A stretch of 64,000 nucleotides of DNA, taken from contig DUBZ01000062.1 of NCBI GenBank assembly GCA_012960035.1, positions 24,407-88,406 on the forward strand, given 5' to 3'. Positions within the stretch are counted from its first letter, which is position 1. Each line of letters starts with the position of its first letter. This DNA comes from Myxococcales bacterium (GTDB lineage Bacteria > Myxococcota_A > UBA9160 > UBA4427). Below the pieces are notes generated by a model, which worked only from the letters and a program-made list of their open reading frames with translations, did not search any database and was not told where the DNA came from. Positions 31,867-42,258 of this stretch are shown here, piece by piece. A program made the translations under genes and the position numbers.

Positions 31867-34389
31867 ATGAACCTGCGCAATTCAAACACTGCCATCCGCA
31901 TCGCGAGCGCACTGCTCTTCGCAGCGCTGTTTCTCGGCTGCCAGAGCGACGAAGAAAAACTCGCCGAGTTCTTCGCGAAGGCCCAGCAGTACGAGGAAGA
32001 AGAGAAGCATCAGGAAGCGGTGATCGAGTTTAAGAATGTTCTCAAAATCAACCCGAGTCATTCGGAAGCGCATTACGCCCTGGCGAAGGTTTACTTGAAA
32101 CTCGGGCGCGCCCGAGACGCGTACTGGGAAATGAGTGAGACCGTGCGCCTTGACTCGAGCAACGCCGAAGCGGTGCTTAGCTTTGGCGCGCTTTCACTGA
32201 TCGCCGGTGACGGCGAACAGGCCCTCTCGATGGGCGATCTCGCAATTGAGAACGAGCCGGAAAATCATCAGGGTTACCTGTTGCGCGCAAATTCGTTGCA
32301 GAAGTTGAAGCGCAACGAAGAGGCGGAGGAGCCTTATCTCCGAGCGCTCGAACTCGACGAAGAATCAATGGACTCGATCCTGATCGTCGCGAAGTATTAC
32401 GCGAGCTTGCCGGGCGGACGCGAGAAGGCGGAGCCGTGGTTGTGGAAGGGGCTCGAAAAGTATCCGAACCGTGGCATGCGAACGAACCTCGCACGCTTCC
32501 TTTCGGCAGATCCTAAGCGCTTCGACGAAGCCGAGGCGATGTTCAAAGAAGCACTCGCAACAGAGCCTCGCCCCGACGATCACGACAAGGCTTTCATCAA
32601 TATCGCGCAGTTCTATTTGTCCAATGGGCGCAACGAGCTGGGTGTGAAGGCATTGGAAGACGGGACCAAGGAAAACCCCGATTCGACCGAGCTGCACTTC
32701 ATCCTCGCCAACTACTACCGGATCAACGGCAATATGGAAGAAGCCGAGCGGTTGATTCGACACGCTTCAACGATCGACCCGACGGACCCAACAGCCTTCT
32801 TGGTTCTGTCATCGTTTCTTGGCGGCAAGGAAGACATCGAAGGTGCCCTCCAGGCGGCGGATGATGCGCTGGCCGCGGATTCCGAAAATACTGACGCGAA
32901 ATTACGCCGGGCCGAGCTTTTGGTGGACATTGGTTTTCGGGAAGCAACCGCGGCGGCTGAATCTGTTGCTGCCGAGCCGGTTAATGAGCTCGCAAAGAAG
33001 AGCGAGAGCATCAACGAAGGGTTGAAGCTGGCCGACGAAATTCTAACCGCGAGCCCGTTCCATCCGCAGGCGGAATTCGTTCGCGGCAAGGCGTATCTCG
33101 CACGAGGCGACGTCGCGAAGGGGATCGAAGGGTTCCGTGCTGCTGCCGAAGGACGACCTGACTGGCCGCAAGCTCACTTTGCCCTGGGTAGCGCGCTGGC
33201 GTCGATGAACGAACCTCGCCTCGCTCGAGTTGAGATTGCCCGAGCCCTTGAGCTCGACCCCGGCTTGCATCAGGCGCGTCGGATTCTGGCTTCGATCCAC
33301 CAAGCGCTCGGTGAGCACGAGTATGCGATCGAACAGGGATCCCGGTTCCTTCAGTTTCAACCCGAACATAATGAGGCGCGCATTTTGGTTGCGCAGAGTC
33401 TTATTCGGCTTGGGAAGCGCGAGCAAGCGTTGCGCGAGCTAAACAAAGTGCCGCTTGACCAACAAGACATCGGTGTCTTGTTCGCACTTGGCCGCTTGAA
33501 TGCAAGCCTCGGAGATTCTGATGCGTCCCGCGGCTATCTGCTGAAAGTGCTCGAACAATCTCCTAACAACGAAAAAGTCTTGCGCTCGCTGTTCCGCGTA
33601 GACAGCGACACCGAGCACTATGCAAAAACACGTCAGCGAATCCTCGATGCGGCGGCAGCCTTGCCGGACAATGGTGACCTCGTTCAGCTCGAAGCGATGG
33701 TGAAATTCATCGACCGCGATCTCGAAGGCGCGGAGGCGGGCTTCAAACGATCGATCGAACTCAAATCCAACGATATCGAGATGCACCAGCAACTGGCGCG
33801 CTTCTATTCTCTGACGGGGCGCACCGATGAAACCATCGCAACGTACAAGCAGGCGATCGAAGTTAAGCCGAATTCGGCAAAACTCCATCACTTCCTGGCG
33901 CTCTTATACGAAGCGCAGGGTGAGCGCGACAAAGCGCAGATATCGTATGAGAATGCCATCAAATACGATGAAAACCACGCAATCGCGAAGAACAACCTTG
34001 CATACTTGTTGGCAGATACCGGCAAGGACCTCGACCGCGCACTCGACCTTGCACAAGACGCCAAGGCACTGCTGCCGAACGATGCCAATGCAGCAGACAC
34101 CCTCGGTTGGGTGCTCTACAAGCGCGGTGTGAATGGCGCGGCAGTTGGCTACCTCAAAGAATCCATCGAAATCGCCGAAGCCGATGATCCGGCGCTCGGT
34201 GTGATGCGGCATCACCTCGCTCTCGCTTACGAAGCCGACGGCAACAAGGCTCGGGCCGCCGAAGTGTTGCGAGCCGCCATCGACGACCTCGATCAGCGAC
34301 AACGGGCCGCTCAGAAGCAGGATCGGTCCTTCCACCCACCGTGGGAAGGCGACGTGCGAAGCATGCTCGAACGACTTTCGACGAGCTGA
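31867..34389 (+). CDS. Large TPR-repeat lipoprotein, PrsT-like (PEP-CTERM system TPR lipoprotein type)
   Basis: 840 aa with a lipoprotein-like signal (MNLRNSNTAIRIASALLFAALFLGC), then TPR repeats throughout (..HSEAHYALAKVYLKLGRARDAYWE.. and others). The ORF extension to 31744 is rejected. Confidence 0.75.
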   Translation: MNLRNSNTAIRIASALLFAALFLGCQSDEEKLAEFFAKAQQYEEEEKHQEAVIEFKNVLKINPSHSEAHYALAKVYLKLGRARDAYWEMSETVRLDSSNAEAVLSFGALSLIAGDGEQALSMGDLAIENEPENHQGYLLRANSLQKLKRNEEAEEPYLRALELDEESMDSILIVAKYYASLPGGREKAEPWLWKGLEKYPNRGMRTNLARFLSADPKRFDEAEAMFKEALATEPRPDDHDKAFINIAQFYLSNGRNELGVKALEDGTKENPDSTELHFILANYYRINGNMEEAERLIRHASTIDPTDPTAFLVLSSFLGGKEDIEGALQAADDALAADSENTDAKLRRAELLVDIGFREATAAAESVAAEPVNELAKKSESINEGLKLADEILTASPFHPQAEFVRGKAYLARGDVAKGIEGFRAAAEGRPDWPQAHFALGSALASMNEPRLARVEIARALELDPGLHQARRILASIHQALGEHEYAIEQGSRFLQFQPEHNEARILVAQSLIRLGKREQALRELNKVPLDQQDIGVLFALGRLNASLGDSDASRGYLLKVLEQSPNNEKVLRSLFRVDSDTEHYAKTRQRILDAAAALPDNGDLVQLEAMVKFIDRDLEGAEAGFKRSIELKSNDIEMHQQLARFYSLTGRTDETIATYKQAIEVKPNSAKLHHFLALLYEAQGERDKAQISYENAIKYDENHAIAKNNLAYLLADTGKDLDRALDLAQDAKALLPNDANAADTLGWVLYKRGVNGAAVGYLKESIEIAEADDPALGVMRHHLALAYEADGNKARAAEVLRAAIDDLDQRQRAAQKQDRSFHPPWEGDVRSMLERLSTS

Positions 34390-34722
34390 CGTCTGCAGCA
34401 GTGCGGCGCGATCCGTCCCAAGCCCTCGGGTAGTGTTTGGCTTGATACCGTGGCTGGGCCCACGTCAGAGGGCCACAGGCGGAAACTCGCCCTGAAGTTG
34501 GAATTGGGCGCTTCATAGACCGGCAACTCCGGACGAATCGTCAAATGCGCCCAAGACTCCGGTGTGGTTCGGCGCACTCTGCGTCAAGGTCCTCCCCTGA
34601 ATCGCCGATAGATTGACCGCCCTCTTGCGTGGGTTCCGCATCTTTTGTGCGCGTGTTCAAGCGATGTGGATCCGGTTGCGCTGGGCGTGAGTTTTGATGA
34701 CACGCGGACTGTGGAGGATTCG

Positions 34723-36243
34723 ATGAAACGACTTGAGTTGCTTCTAGTGGTTGCCCTGTTGGCACTAGCCCAGAGCGGTGCCGTTTTTGCGGAGTCGGAA
34801 ATGACGGACGTTGTGTCCGAGAATTCCGAGGAAACAGAGACGGCTCTCGACGAAAGTGGTGATGCGTTCGCCACTCGTGACGAGATAGCTGACTTGGATG
34901 AGCCGGCAAGCGAGCAGGATGGAGATGAGTGGGCGGACGAATCGACGGACGCCCCCGATGCCGGTAACAAAGGCGATGACGCTGACGTTGTCGGAGCGGC
35001 TGTCGTTGAAGCCGACGCGTGGGACGAGATGGAAACAGCCGCTGAGACGGCTCCCATGGAAACCGAATCCCTCGAAGCCGACGAGAGCGCGAGTGAAGAC
35101 CTTGCCTCCGAAATCACGATCGAAGGTGGGCCGATTGTCGTAAACGGCATTACGCTCGGTCCGGTTGGTGTCGACGGAGAAGGCCGCGTGGGTCGAGTCC
35201 ACACGGTCGTTACCGGGGACACCCTTTGGGATGTTTCCCACGCCTACCTGGGCACGTCGTGGGTATGGCCCTCTGTCTGGAGCGACAACAGCGAGATCGC
35301 GAACCCGCATGTCATCCAACCGGGAAATCACCTCTGGATTTCGTCGACCGAGATCCGCGCGATCACCGAAGATGAAGCGATCGAGTATCTCGCGAGCGCC
35401 GAAGAAGAGCCCAAAGTCTTCGAAGAAGTGGCGGCAGAGCTTCCGGCCGACTTTGACGCGGCCTTCGACGCTTTTGAGGAAGAAGAACTCGGTCAGCTGC
35501 CCGTGGGCATGCCGGACGATTCTCAAACGTCGAATGAAACGGGCCGCACGGTTCGCGTCGCGATGCGCGAGAACATGAGCTTCGTAAGCGACACTCAGCT
35601 TGAGGCCTCGACCTCGATCCTGGGTGCCGCGAGCCGGCGCCTTCGATGGGCGATGCTAGACACCATCTACCTTGGCCTCGGCGAGGGCGAGGTGGAAGTC
35701 GGCGACGAGTTCACGCTCTATCGCAGCATCACCGAAGTTCGATCCCCTTCGAATAACGACTTTCTCGGCTATTACGTTGACGTGCTGGGCTGGGCCGAAG
35801 TTACGAGAGTAGAGGACGAATCGAGTGTCGCGGTGATTCGCGTTTCACTCGATGGCGCAGTCAAGGGCGATCGCGCGATGCCCCGCTACCAGCCGCCGAC
35901 GGACGTCGCGGTCAAGTACGCGGAAGAGGGCATTGATGGCCAAATCGCATTCTTGCCTTCGAACCGCACCCTGATGGGAACCACGGACTACGTCTTTGTG
36001 GACCTAGGTGCCGTACACGGCGTGGAAATTGGGACGGATCTCGAGGTTTACGATCCGGGCACGTACGAAATGGACAACACCCGGAATTCGAAGCGAAAGA
36101 CGCCCGATCGCGTCATTGCAGATCTAGTGGTGATCACGGTTCAGGAAGAGACTGCGGTGGCATTCATTGTTCACACCCGACGTGAACTTGCAGTCGGGGA
36201 TTCGGTGCGCGGAGCGACACGAGACTTCCCGGCCGCGTTCTAG
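34723..36243 (+). CDS. Secreted LysM domain-containing protein with a long acidic N-terminal region
   Basis: Signal peptide MKRLELLLVVALLALAQSGAVFA, ~150 aa rich in D/E, and a LysM domain (HTVVTGDTLWDVSHAYLG....WPSVWSDNSEIANPHVIQPGNHLWI). Confidence 0.8.
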   Translation: MKRLELLLVVALLALAQSGAVFAESEMTDVVSENSEETETALDESGDAFATRDEIADLDEPASEQDGDEWADESTDAPDAGNKGDDADVVGAAVVEADAWDEMETAAETAPMETESLEADESASEDLASEITIEGGPIVVNGITLGPVGVDGEGRVGRVHTVVTGDTLWDVSHAYLGTSWVWPSVWSDNSEIANPHVIQPGNHLWISSTEIRAITEDEAIEYLASAEEEPKVFEEVAAELPADFDAAFDAFEEEELGQLPVGMPDDSQTSNETGRTVRVAMRENMSFVSDTQLEASTSILGAASRRLRWAMLDTIYLGLGEGEVEVGDEFTLYRSITEVRSPSNNDFLGYYVDVLGWAEVTRVEDESSVAVIRVSLDGAVKGDRAMPRYQPPTDVAVKYAEEGIDGQIAFLPSNRTLMGTTDYVFVDLGAVHGVEIGTDLEVYDPGTYEMDNTRNSKRKTPDRVIADLVVITVQEETAVAFIVHTRRELAVGDSVRGATRDFPAAF

Positions 36244-36314
36244 TTGGGACGTCGTTAGTCAAGTACCTTCGCGGCTTCGCGCGTCGTTAAACACGGCGCG
36301 CGAAGCTGCAGTAA

Positions 36315-37517
36315 GTGCGCTATTCAGGAATTTCCCGGTCCCGGGGAGTTCCTTTCTTGTTTCTATTTCCGCAAGCGAAGCACGGCGCGTCCACCGCATT
36401 CGAAGTCCTAGACCCCTCCTCAGCCGATCCGAACGAGCGCAACGCACTTCGCGATTGGCTGCAGCTGCAGGCAACGCTGGGTCTGTCACCGCAGGATGCA
36501 CTCGCGTGTTTAAGGCGAGCGAAAAACCCGCGAGATGCGCGAACGCTTAGCGGGGTTCCGCCGAAGCTCAGCGCCAAGCGACTCGACGCTGCGATCGCCA
36601 CGCTCAAGCAACGCGGTTATCGCGCATTGCCGATTACGTCGCAGCGCTACCCGGCGCCGCTTTTGGCGGTTCCCGATGCACCACCACTCCTTCTCGTTGC
36701 GGGAGATATTGGGCGGCTCACCGGTTCACTGGTTGCAATCGTGGGCGCACGCGCAGCCACGGTGTACGGGCTCGAACTCGCCCGTTCTCTCGGAAGGAGT
36801 TTGGCGGAATCCGGTGTGACAGTGGTCTCTGGGCTCGCGCGGGGAATTGATGCGGCAGCGCATCGCGGTGCACTCGAAGCCGGGGGTGTCACGCTTGCAG
36901 TGCAAGCCTGCGGTCCCGATCGGATCTATCCAGCTGAGCATCGCGGGCTTGCGGGGCAGATCGCCGAGCGAGGTGCACTCATGACCGAGCTTCCAGTAGG
37001 CACACCTCCCAGGCCTCCGTATTTTCCGCTGCGCAATCGACTCATCAGTGGCTTGTGCTCATGCATCATCGTTGTTGAAGCGCGCGAGAAGAGCGGCTCG
37101 TTGATCACCGCGCGCCACGCTCTCGACCAGGGGCGCGACGTGATGGCCGTCCCCGGTCCGATTACCGCACCGACAAGTCGCGGACCCAACCGGCTGATTC
37201 GCGACGGGGCCACGCCCATTCTCGACATGGACGACGCGCTCGAAAGTCTGGGGTTGCCGATTCCGAATACCGAACCCGTCGTTTGCGATGAAGACCGGAC
37301 GGGTCTCGGTTCCGGAGGTCGAGCCATTTTGAACGTGTTGTCTCGCGGTGCGCTGTCTCGGGACGAGTTGGGGCGGAAGCTCCGGGGAGATCCACGTCAA
37401 CTCGATCTCGACCTGATGGATCTACAACTGCACGGACGGGTGCACACGGACAGAGACGGTCGCATGGTCAAAGCGATGGACCGCGGAAAGACCCGCACAG
37501 GGGAATCCGGGGCGTAG
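36315..37517 (+). CDS. dprA: DNA-processing protein DprA
   Basis: YPAPLLAVPDAPPLLLVAGD...VAIVGARAATVYGLELARSLGRSLAESGVTVVSGLARGIDAAAHRGALE..GVTLAVQACGPDRIYPAEH. The exact start is uncertain. Confidence 0.9.
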   Translation: MRYSGISRSRGVPFLFLFPQAKHGASTAFEVLDPSSADPNERNALRDWLQLQATLGLSPQDALACLRRAKNPRDARTLSGVPPKLSAKRLDAAIATLKQRGYRALPITSQRYPAPLLAVPDAPPLLLVAGDIGRLTGSLVAIVGARAATVYGLELARSLGRSLAESGVTVVSGLARGIDAAAHRGALEAGGVTLAVQACGPDRIYPAEHRGLAGQIAERGALMTELPVGTPPRPPYFPLRNRLISGLCSCIIVVEAREKSGSLITARHALDQGRDVMAVPGPITAPTSRGPNRLIRDGATPILDMDDALESLGLPIPNTEPVVCDEDRTGLGSGGRAILNVLSRGALSRDELGRKLRGDPRQLDLDLMDLQLHGRVHTDRDGRMVKAMDRGKTRTGESGA

Positions 37518-37634
37518 CGTCAGCGCGAAGGCGGAGTGAGGTTGAAGCGACGGTGGGCTATGATGGCCCCGATCGATGGATGCGGGAGCCTCACAACGTC
37601 AACGTTCTACGTCGAACGATCTCCCATCTTTGGT

Positions 37635-37695
37635 AAGCCCCAAGCCCAGTAAGCCCCAAGCCCAGCAAGCCCCAAGCCCAGCAAGCCCCAAGCCC
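37635..37695. repeat. Tandem repeat, 16-bp unit AAGCCCCAAGCCCAG(T/C) x3.8
   Basis: Read directly in the dprA-trmFO spacer. The unit length is not a multiple of 3, so it is non-coding. Confidence 0.92.
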
Positions 37696-37766
37696 CCACG
37701 ACCGCAAATCACCAAGACCGCCCGATTCCCTGCGCGCAGCTCGCGCACTTCGAGACGGAGGCCCGT

Positions 37767-39167
37767 TTGTCCGAGACGTCTCAGCCCGATGCCACCCCGC
37801 CCGTCAATTTTGCGGGAACTCATGTGCTTGTTGTGGGGGCTGGACTTGCTGGGTGCGAGGCCGCGTGGCAAATCGCGGAACGGGGCGGGGCGGTCACCCT
37901 CGTCGAAATGAAGCCCGACCAAATGTCCCCGGCCCACGAGTCGAAAGACATGGCAGAGCTCGTGTGCAGCAACTCGCTTCGCGGTGCCGGGCTTCACAAC
38001 GCCGCCGGACTGCTCAAAGAAGAAATGAGATTGCTGGGTTCCTTGACCCTGCGCGCCGCAGACGCGACTGCGGTTCCCGCCGGCCGGGCGCTGGCCGTGG
38101 ATCGTCACGATTTCTCTCGTTTCATTACCGAAGCTGTACATGGCCATCCGCGCATTCAGGTCGAAAACCGCGTGGTGGAAGAAATCCCCGACGACGACAC
38201 GGTGGTGCTGGCGACGGGGCCGCTTACGGCTTCCTCTCTCGCGGCTTCGTTGCAGAGTTTGCTCGGTGACACGTCGCTCTACTTCTATGACGCCATCGCG
38301 CCAACGGTCTACGCAGATTCGATTGACATGTCCGTGGCCTTTCGCGCGTCGCGCTACGAAGAAGAAGGCGAGGGCGACTATGTGAATCTGCCGTTATCGC
38401 GCGAAGATTATGAGCGCTTCGTGTCAGCGCTTGTTGACGCGGACACGGTGCCACTTCATTCGTTCGAAGCCGCCCTTTATTTCGAAGGCTGTCTTCCGAT
38501 CGAAGAGATGGCGCGTCGCGGTCCGCAGACCTTGTCTTTTGGTCCCATGAAACCCGTTGGGTTGCGTGACCCGCGTACGGGCAAGCGACCATTCGCAGTG
38601 GTTCAGCTTCGCCACGAAGATCGCGGTGGCATTCTCTACAACTTGGTTGGTTTTCAGACCAAGCTTCGAATCTCGGACCAGAAGGAAATCTTGCGCCGCT
38701 TGCCGGGACTCGAAAAGGCAGTGTTCGCCCGCTTTGGCACGGTGCACCGTAATACGTACGTAAATGCCCCGCTCAACCTTGCTCCGAACCTCGAAGTCAA
38801 AGCACGCAACGGTTTGTTTCTGGCCGGACAAATGGCCGGGGTCGAGGGATACGTCGAGTCAGCGGCACTCGGTTGGCTCGCTGGGATTTCCGCGGGTTGC
38901 TCGGCAAGTGGTCAAAGCTTTCCCGAGCCTCCAATGGGGAGCGCCCATGCCGCACTTGTGGGGCACCTTATCAACGGGAACCCCGATAACTTTCAACCCA
39001 TGAACGTGAACTTCGGCTTGTTCCCTCCGCTGTCCGACGCGGTGGTGCGCGGACCTTCGGGCAAGCGCAAAAAAATTCCTCGTGCCGACAAATCTCGCCT
39101 GATGGCGGAGCGCGCGATCGAAGGCGTCACGAAGTACCGAGACATCGTTGGGGGTGTCGCCTCGTGA
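37767..39167 (+). CDS. trmFO: Methylenetetrahydrofolate--tRNA-(uracil54-C5)-methyltransferase TrmFO
   Basis: VLVVGAGLAGCEAAWQIAERG..VTLVEMKP....PAH......ELVCSNSL, and ..FAGQ.AGVEGYVESAA.G. The TTG start lies 5 nt after GGAGG. Confidence 0.93.
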   Translation: MSETSQPDATPPVNFAGTHVLVVGAGLAGCEAAWQIAERGGAVTLVEMKPDQMSPAHESKDMAELVCSNSLRGAGLHNAAGLLKEEMRLLGSLTLRAADATAVPAGRALAVDRHDFSRFITEAVHGHPRIQVENRVVEEIPDDDTVVLATGPLTASSLAASLQSLLGDTSLYFYDAIAPTVYADSIDMSVAFRASRYEEEGEGDYVNLPLSREDYERFVSALVDADTVPLHSFEAALYFEGCLPIEEMARRGPQTLSFGPMKPVGLRDPRTGKRPFAVVQLRHEDRGGILYNLVGFQTKLRISDQKEILRRLPGLEKAVFARFGTVHRNTYVNAPLNLAPNLEVKARNGLFLAGQMAGVEGYVESAALGWLAGISAGCSASGQSFPEPPMGSAHAALVGHLINGNPDNFQPMNVNFGLFPPLSDAVVRGPSGKRKKIPRADKSRLMAERAIEGVTKYRDIVGGVAS

Positions 39168-40177
39168 TGACATGGGTCCGCGCGATCAATCAATACAGCG
39201 TGCATCTTGGCGTCGAGAGAAATATGTCTCCCAATACCGTGCGTGCCTATATCGCTGACGTGCGGCAGCTTGAAGGTTTCTTAAAGGCGGACGCGCTCGG
39301 TGCAGAGCGCGAGGCGCCCGCTCTGTCGACGGTCACAGGACGCGAGGTACGCCGCTGGCTCGCACAGTTGCATGGGACGTGCAGCGCCGCGACCCACGGT
39401 AGAAAACTGGCGTCGATTCGGTCGTTCTTTCGTTTCCTTGTGAATGAGGAAGCCGTGTCGCGCGATCCGACGGAAGGGATACCCGCGCCCAAGACGCCAC
39501 GGCGACCGCCGCGACCGCTTCCGGTAGACGACTGTCACGTTCTATTGTCCGATCCACCGGCGATTGGCAGGGGGGATGATCAAGACGAGGGGCGCGTGTT
39601 CGAGGCGTTAATTGCCTTGCGGGACCGGGCGATCGTAGAATTTTTATATGGCACCGGCATCCGCGTTGGCGAACTCGTATCTCTCGACGTTCGCGATCTC
39701 GAACTCGCACGCGGCCAGGTGCGCGTGCTCGGGAAGGGGCGCAAAGAGCGCGTCGTGCCCATTCCGAAGGTGGCGCGAGATGTCCTTGGCCTCTGGCTCG
39801 AGGCGCGGTCTCGGCCCGGAGTACTCGGGGAACCGTTGTTTATCGCGTTGCGACGCAAACCGTTAGAAAAGCCCAAACGCCTAGGCGACCGCGATGTCCG
39901 CCGGATCTTGACCGCTCGAGCGCGAGCGGCTGGGATCGCGGATCGCGTGCATCCCCATCGCTTGCGCCACAGCTATGCCACGCATCTGCTCGACATGGGT
40001 GCCGATCTGCGGGAAATTCAGGAGCTGTTGGGGCATTCGTCACTATCGACCACGCAGAAATACACGGCGGTTTCGATTGAGCAGTTGCGCCGCGTTTACG
40101 ATGCGGCGCATCCGCGTTCGGGGGGCGGGGTGTCAGGTGGGCGAGGCGCGGCCAGCCCTCGACCGCGTAAGAGCTGA
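39164..40177 (+). CDS. xerC: Tyrosine recombinase XerC/XerD family
   Basis: SPNTVRAYIADVRQLEGFL, then HPHRLRHSYATHLLDMGADLREIQELLGHSSLSTTQKYT. Its position between trmFO and hslV matches codV/xerC. Confidence 0.9.
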   Translation: MMTWVRAINQYSVHLGVERNMSPNTVRAYIADVRQLEGFLKADALGAEREAPALSTVTGREVRRWLAQLHGTCSAATHGRKLASIRSFFRFLVNEEAVSRDPTEGIPAPKTPRRPPRPLPVDDCHVLLSDPPAIGRGDDQDEGRVFEALIALRDRAIVEFLYGTGIRVGELVSLDVRDLELARGQVRVLGKGRKERVVPIPKVARDVLGLWLEARSRPGVLGEPLFIALRRKPLEKPKRLGDRDVRRILTARARAAGIADRVHPHRLRHSYATHLLDMGADLREIQELLGHSSLSTTQKYTAVSIEQLRRVYDAAHPRSGGGVSGGRGAASPRPRKS

Positions 40178-40245
40178 ACACACGCGTATGAAACGACCGC
40201 GAACTGCGTTACGTGAATCCATAGACTAAAGATATAAGGAACGGA

Positions 40246-40797
40246 TTGGGTATGACCCCCGAGCAAAAAATTCGATCGACCACAGTACTTGCTGTTCTAA
40301 AAGACGGCGGTATCGCAATGGCGGCCGACGGCCAAGTGACCGTCGGGGATACGGTGATGAAAGTGGGCGCCGAGAAAGTCCGTCTCATCTCCGGGGATCG
40401 GGCGGTGGTGGGCTTCGCCGGCGGCGCGGCCGACGCGTTGACTTTGCTCGAGCGACTCGAAGCGAAACTCGAATCCTATCCCGGGAACATTCGCCGAGCC
40501 GCAGTTGATCTCGCTCGCGACTGGCGCACGGACCGCATGCTGCGCAAGCTCGAAGCGATGATGCTGGTCGGTGATGCCAACACGTTGCTCGTGGTGTCGG
40601 GCAATGGTGATGTGATCGAGCCCGACGACGGCATCGCGGCGATCGGGTCGGGTGGGGCGTATGCTTTGTCCGCGGCACGAGCGCTGCACCGCCATACGGA
40701 CCAGAGTGCGGAGCAGGTCGCGCGCGAAGGTCTACAGATCGCCTCGGAAATCTGCATTTACACCAACGACAACATCAAAGTGGTCACCCTCCCATGA
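40246..40797 (+). CDS. hslV: ATP-dependent protease subunit HslV
   Basis: [33 protein letters not shown]..., and [14 protein letters not shown]. Confidence 0.95.
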   Translation: MGMTPEQKIRSTTVLAVLKDGGIAMAADGQVTVGDTVMKVGAEKVRLISGDRAVVGFAGGAADALTLLERLEAKLESYPGNIRRAAVDLARDWRTDRMLRKLEAMMLVGDANTLLVVSGNGDVIEPDDGIAAIGSGGAYALSAARALHRHTDQSAEQVAREGLQIASEICIYTNDNIKVVTLP

Positions 40798-42164
40798 GCC
40801 AACTCAAAAGTTTTACTCCGCGCGAAATCGTTTCTGAACTCGACCGCTATATCGTGGGCCAACGCGACGCGAAGCGCGCCGTTGCAATTGCGTTGCGCAA
40901 CCGCTGGCGTCGGCAGCAAGTTCCCAAAGAACTCCGGGACGAGATCGCGCCGAAAAACATCATCATGATCGGCCCGACCGGCGTCGGGAAAACGGAGATC
41001 GCCAGAAGGATTGCTCGGTTGTCACAGGCCCCTTTCATCAAGGTTGAAGCGTCCAAATTCACTGAGGTCGGTTACGTCGGCCGCGACGTCGAGTCGATCA
41101 TCCGCGATCTCACCGAGCTTGCTGTGACGATGGTGACCGAAGAAGAGCAACAAGCGGTGCGGAGCAAGGCGGAAGATCTCGCCGAAGAGCGCGTGTTGGA
41201 CGCGCTGCTCCCTCCTCACGCCGCGCCTGCACCGATTGCGGGACCCCACGCCGTTGACAGTACGGGACAGGTCGAAAACCAAGAGTCGAGGGAAAAGCTC
41301 CGAAAACTTCTGCGGCTCGGTGAACTCAACGACCGCGAGATCCAGGTTGAACTGCGCGACGACTCCGGGGGGCCTTCGATGTCGATCATGACGCCCCAGG
41401 GCGTCGAAGAAATGGGCGTCCAGTTTCGCGATCTGATCGGCGGCATGATGCCCAAGCGAACCAAGAATCGACGCATGAAGGTCGCCGAAGCGCTTGCGGC
41501 GTTTACCCACGAAGAAGCGCTTGGCTTGGTTGACATGGACCGAGTTCGCGAACTCGCGGTCGAACGTGTTGAGCAGAGTGGCATCGTGTTCATCGACGAA
41601 ATCGACAAGGTCGCAACCGGGCAGGCTTCGAGTCACGGACCGGATGTTTCACGCGAGGGAGTCCAGCGCGATTTGCTGCCGATCGTTGAGGGCTCAACAG
41701 TGCAAACCAAACAGGGGCCGGTGCGCACCGATCACATCCTGTTCATCGCGGCGGGCGCGTTTCATTACGCCAAGCCGTCGGATCTGATTCCCGAGTTACA
41801 AGGACGCTTTCCGATCCGGGTCGAACTCTCGAGCTTGGACCGGGACGATTTGGTCCAGATTCTCACCGAACCCCAAAACTCTCTGGTTCGTCAGTACTCC
41901 GAGCTGATGAAGACTGAAAACATCACCTTGGAATTCGAAAAGGACGGCATCGACGCGGTCGCGGATATCGCGGCGTCAGTGAATGAACGCAGCGCCAATA
42001 TCGGCGCGCGGCGCCTCCACACGGTGATGGAAAAGCTACTCGATACCCTGAGTTTCGATGCCCCCGATATGCCGCCCACCAAGGTGAGCGTCGATCGCAA
42101 GATGGTGGAGGAGCGTCTCGGGGATTTGGTCGAGGATCATGATCTTTCGCAGTACATTCTGTAG
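40794..42164 (+). CDS. hslU: ATP-dependent protease ATPase subunit HslU
   Basis: [33 protein letters not shown]...[20 protein letters not shown]...[10 protein letters not shown]. It has a 4-nt overlap with hslV. Confidence 0.95.
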   Translation: MSQLKSFTPREIVSELDRYIVGQRDAKRAVAIALRNRWRRQQVPKELRDEIAPKNIIMIGPTGVGKTEIARRIARLSQAPFIKVEASKFTEVGYVGRDVESIIRDLTELAVTMVTEEEQQAVRSKAEDLAEERVLDALLPPHAAPAPIAGPHAVDSTGQVENQESREKLRKLLRLGELNDREIQVELRDDSGGPSMSIMTPQGVEEMGVQFRDLIGGMMPKRTKNRRMKVAEALAAFTHEEALGLVDMDRVRELAVERVEQSGIVFIDEIDKVATGQASSHGPDVSREGVQRDLLPIVEGSTVQTKQGPVRTDHILFIAAGAFHYAKPSDLIPELQGRFPIRVELSSLDRDDLVQILTEPQNSLVRQYSELMKTENITLEFEKDGIDAVADIAASVNERSANIGARRLHTVMEKLLDTLSFDAPDMPPTKVSVDRKMVEERLGDLVEDHDLSQYIL

Positions 42165-42258
42165 CAACATTGGGTCGTTGGGTTGTTGTAGGACGAAGTG
42201 CGACGGACGGATGTAATGCTGGAATCGCTTTTGGGTTTGCTTTGGATCGGGGGGAAGC

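Noticed and set aside
18860-34389. Search for PEP-CTERM sorting-signal proteins and an exosortase inside the EPS locus.
   Set aside because: No ORF ends with a PEP motif followed by a hydrophobic helix and a basic tail, and no multi-pass exosortase-like ORF is present. Neither was annotated; the absence is reported as a finding instead.
36274-36306. 10-bp stem hairpin GCTTCGCGCG-N13-CGCGCGAAGC after the LysM gene.
   Set aside because: It has no T-tract and may lie within the true 5' region of dprA, whose start is uncertain. It was not called as a terminator.
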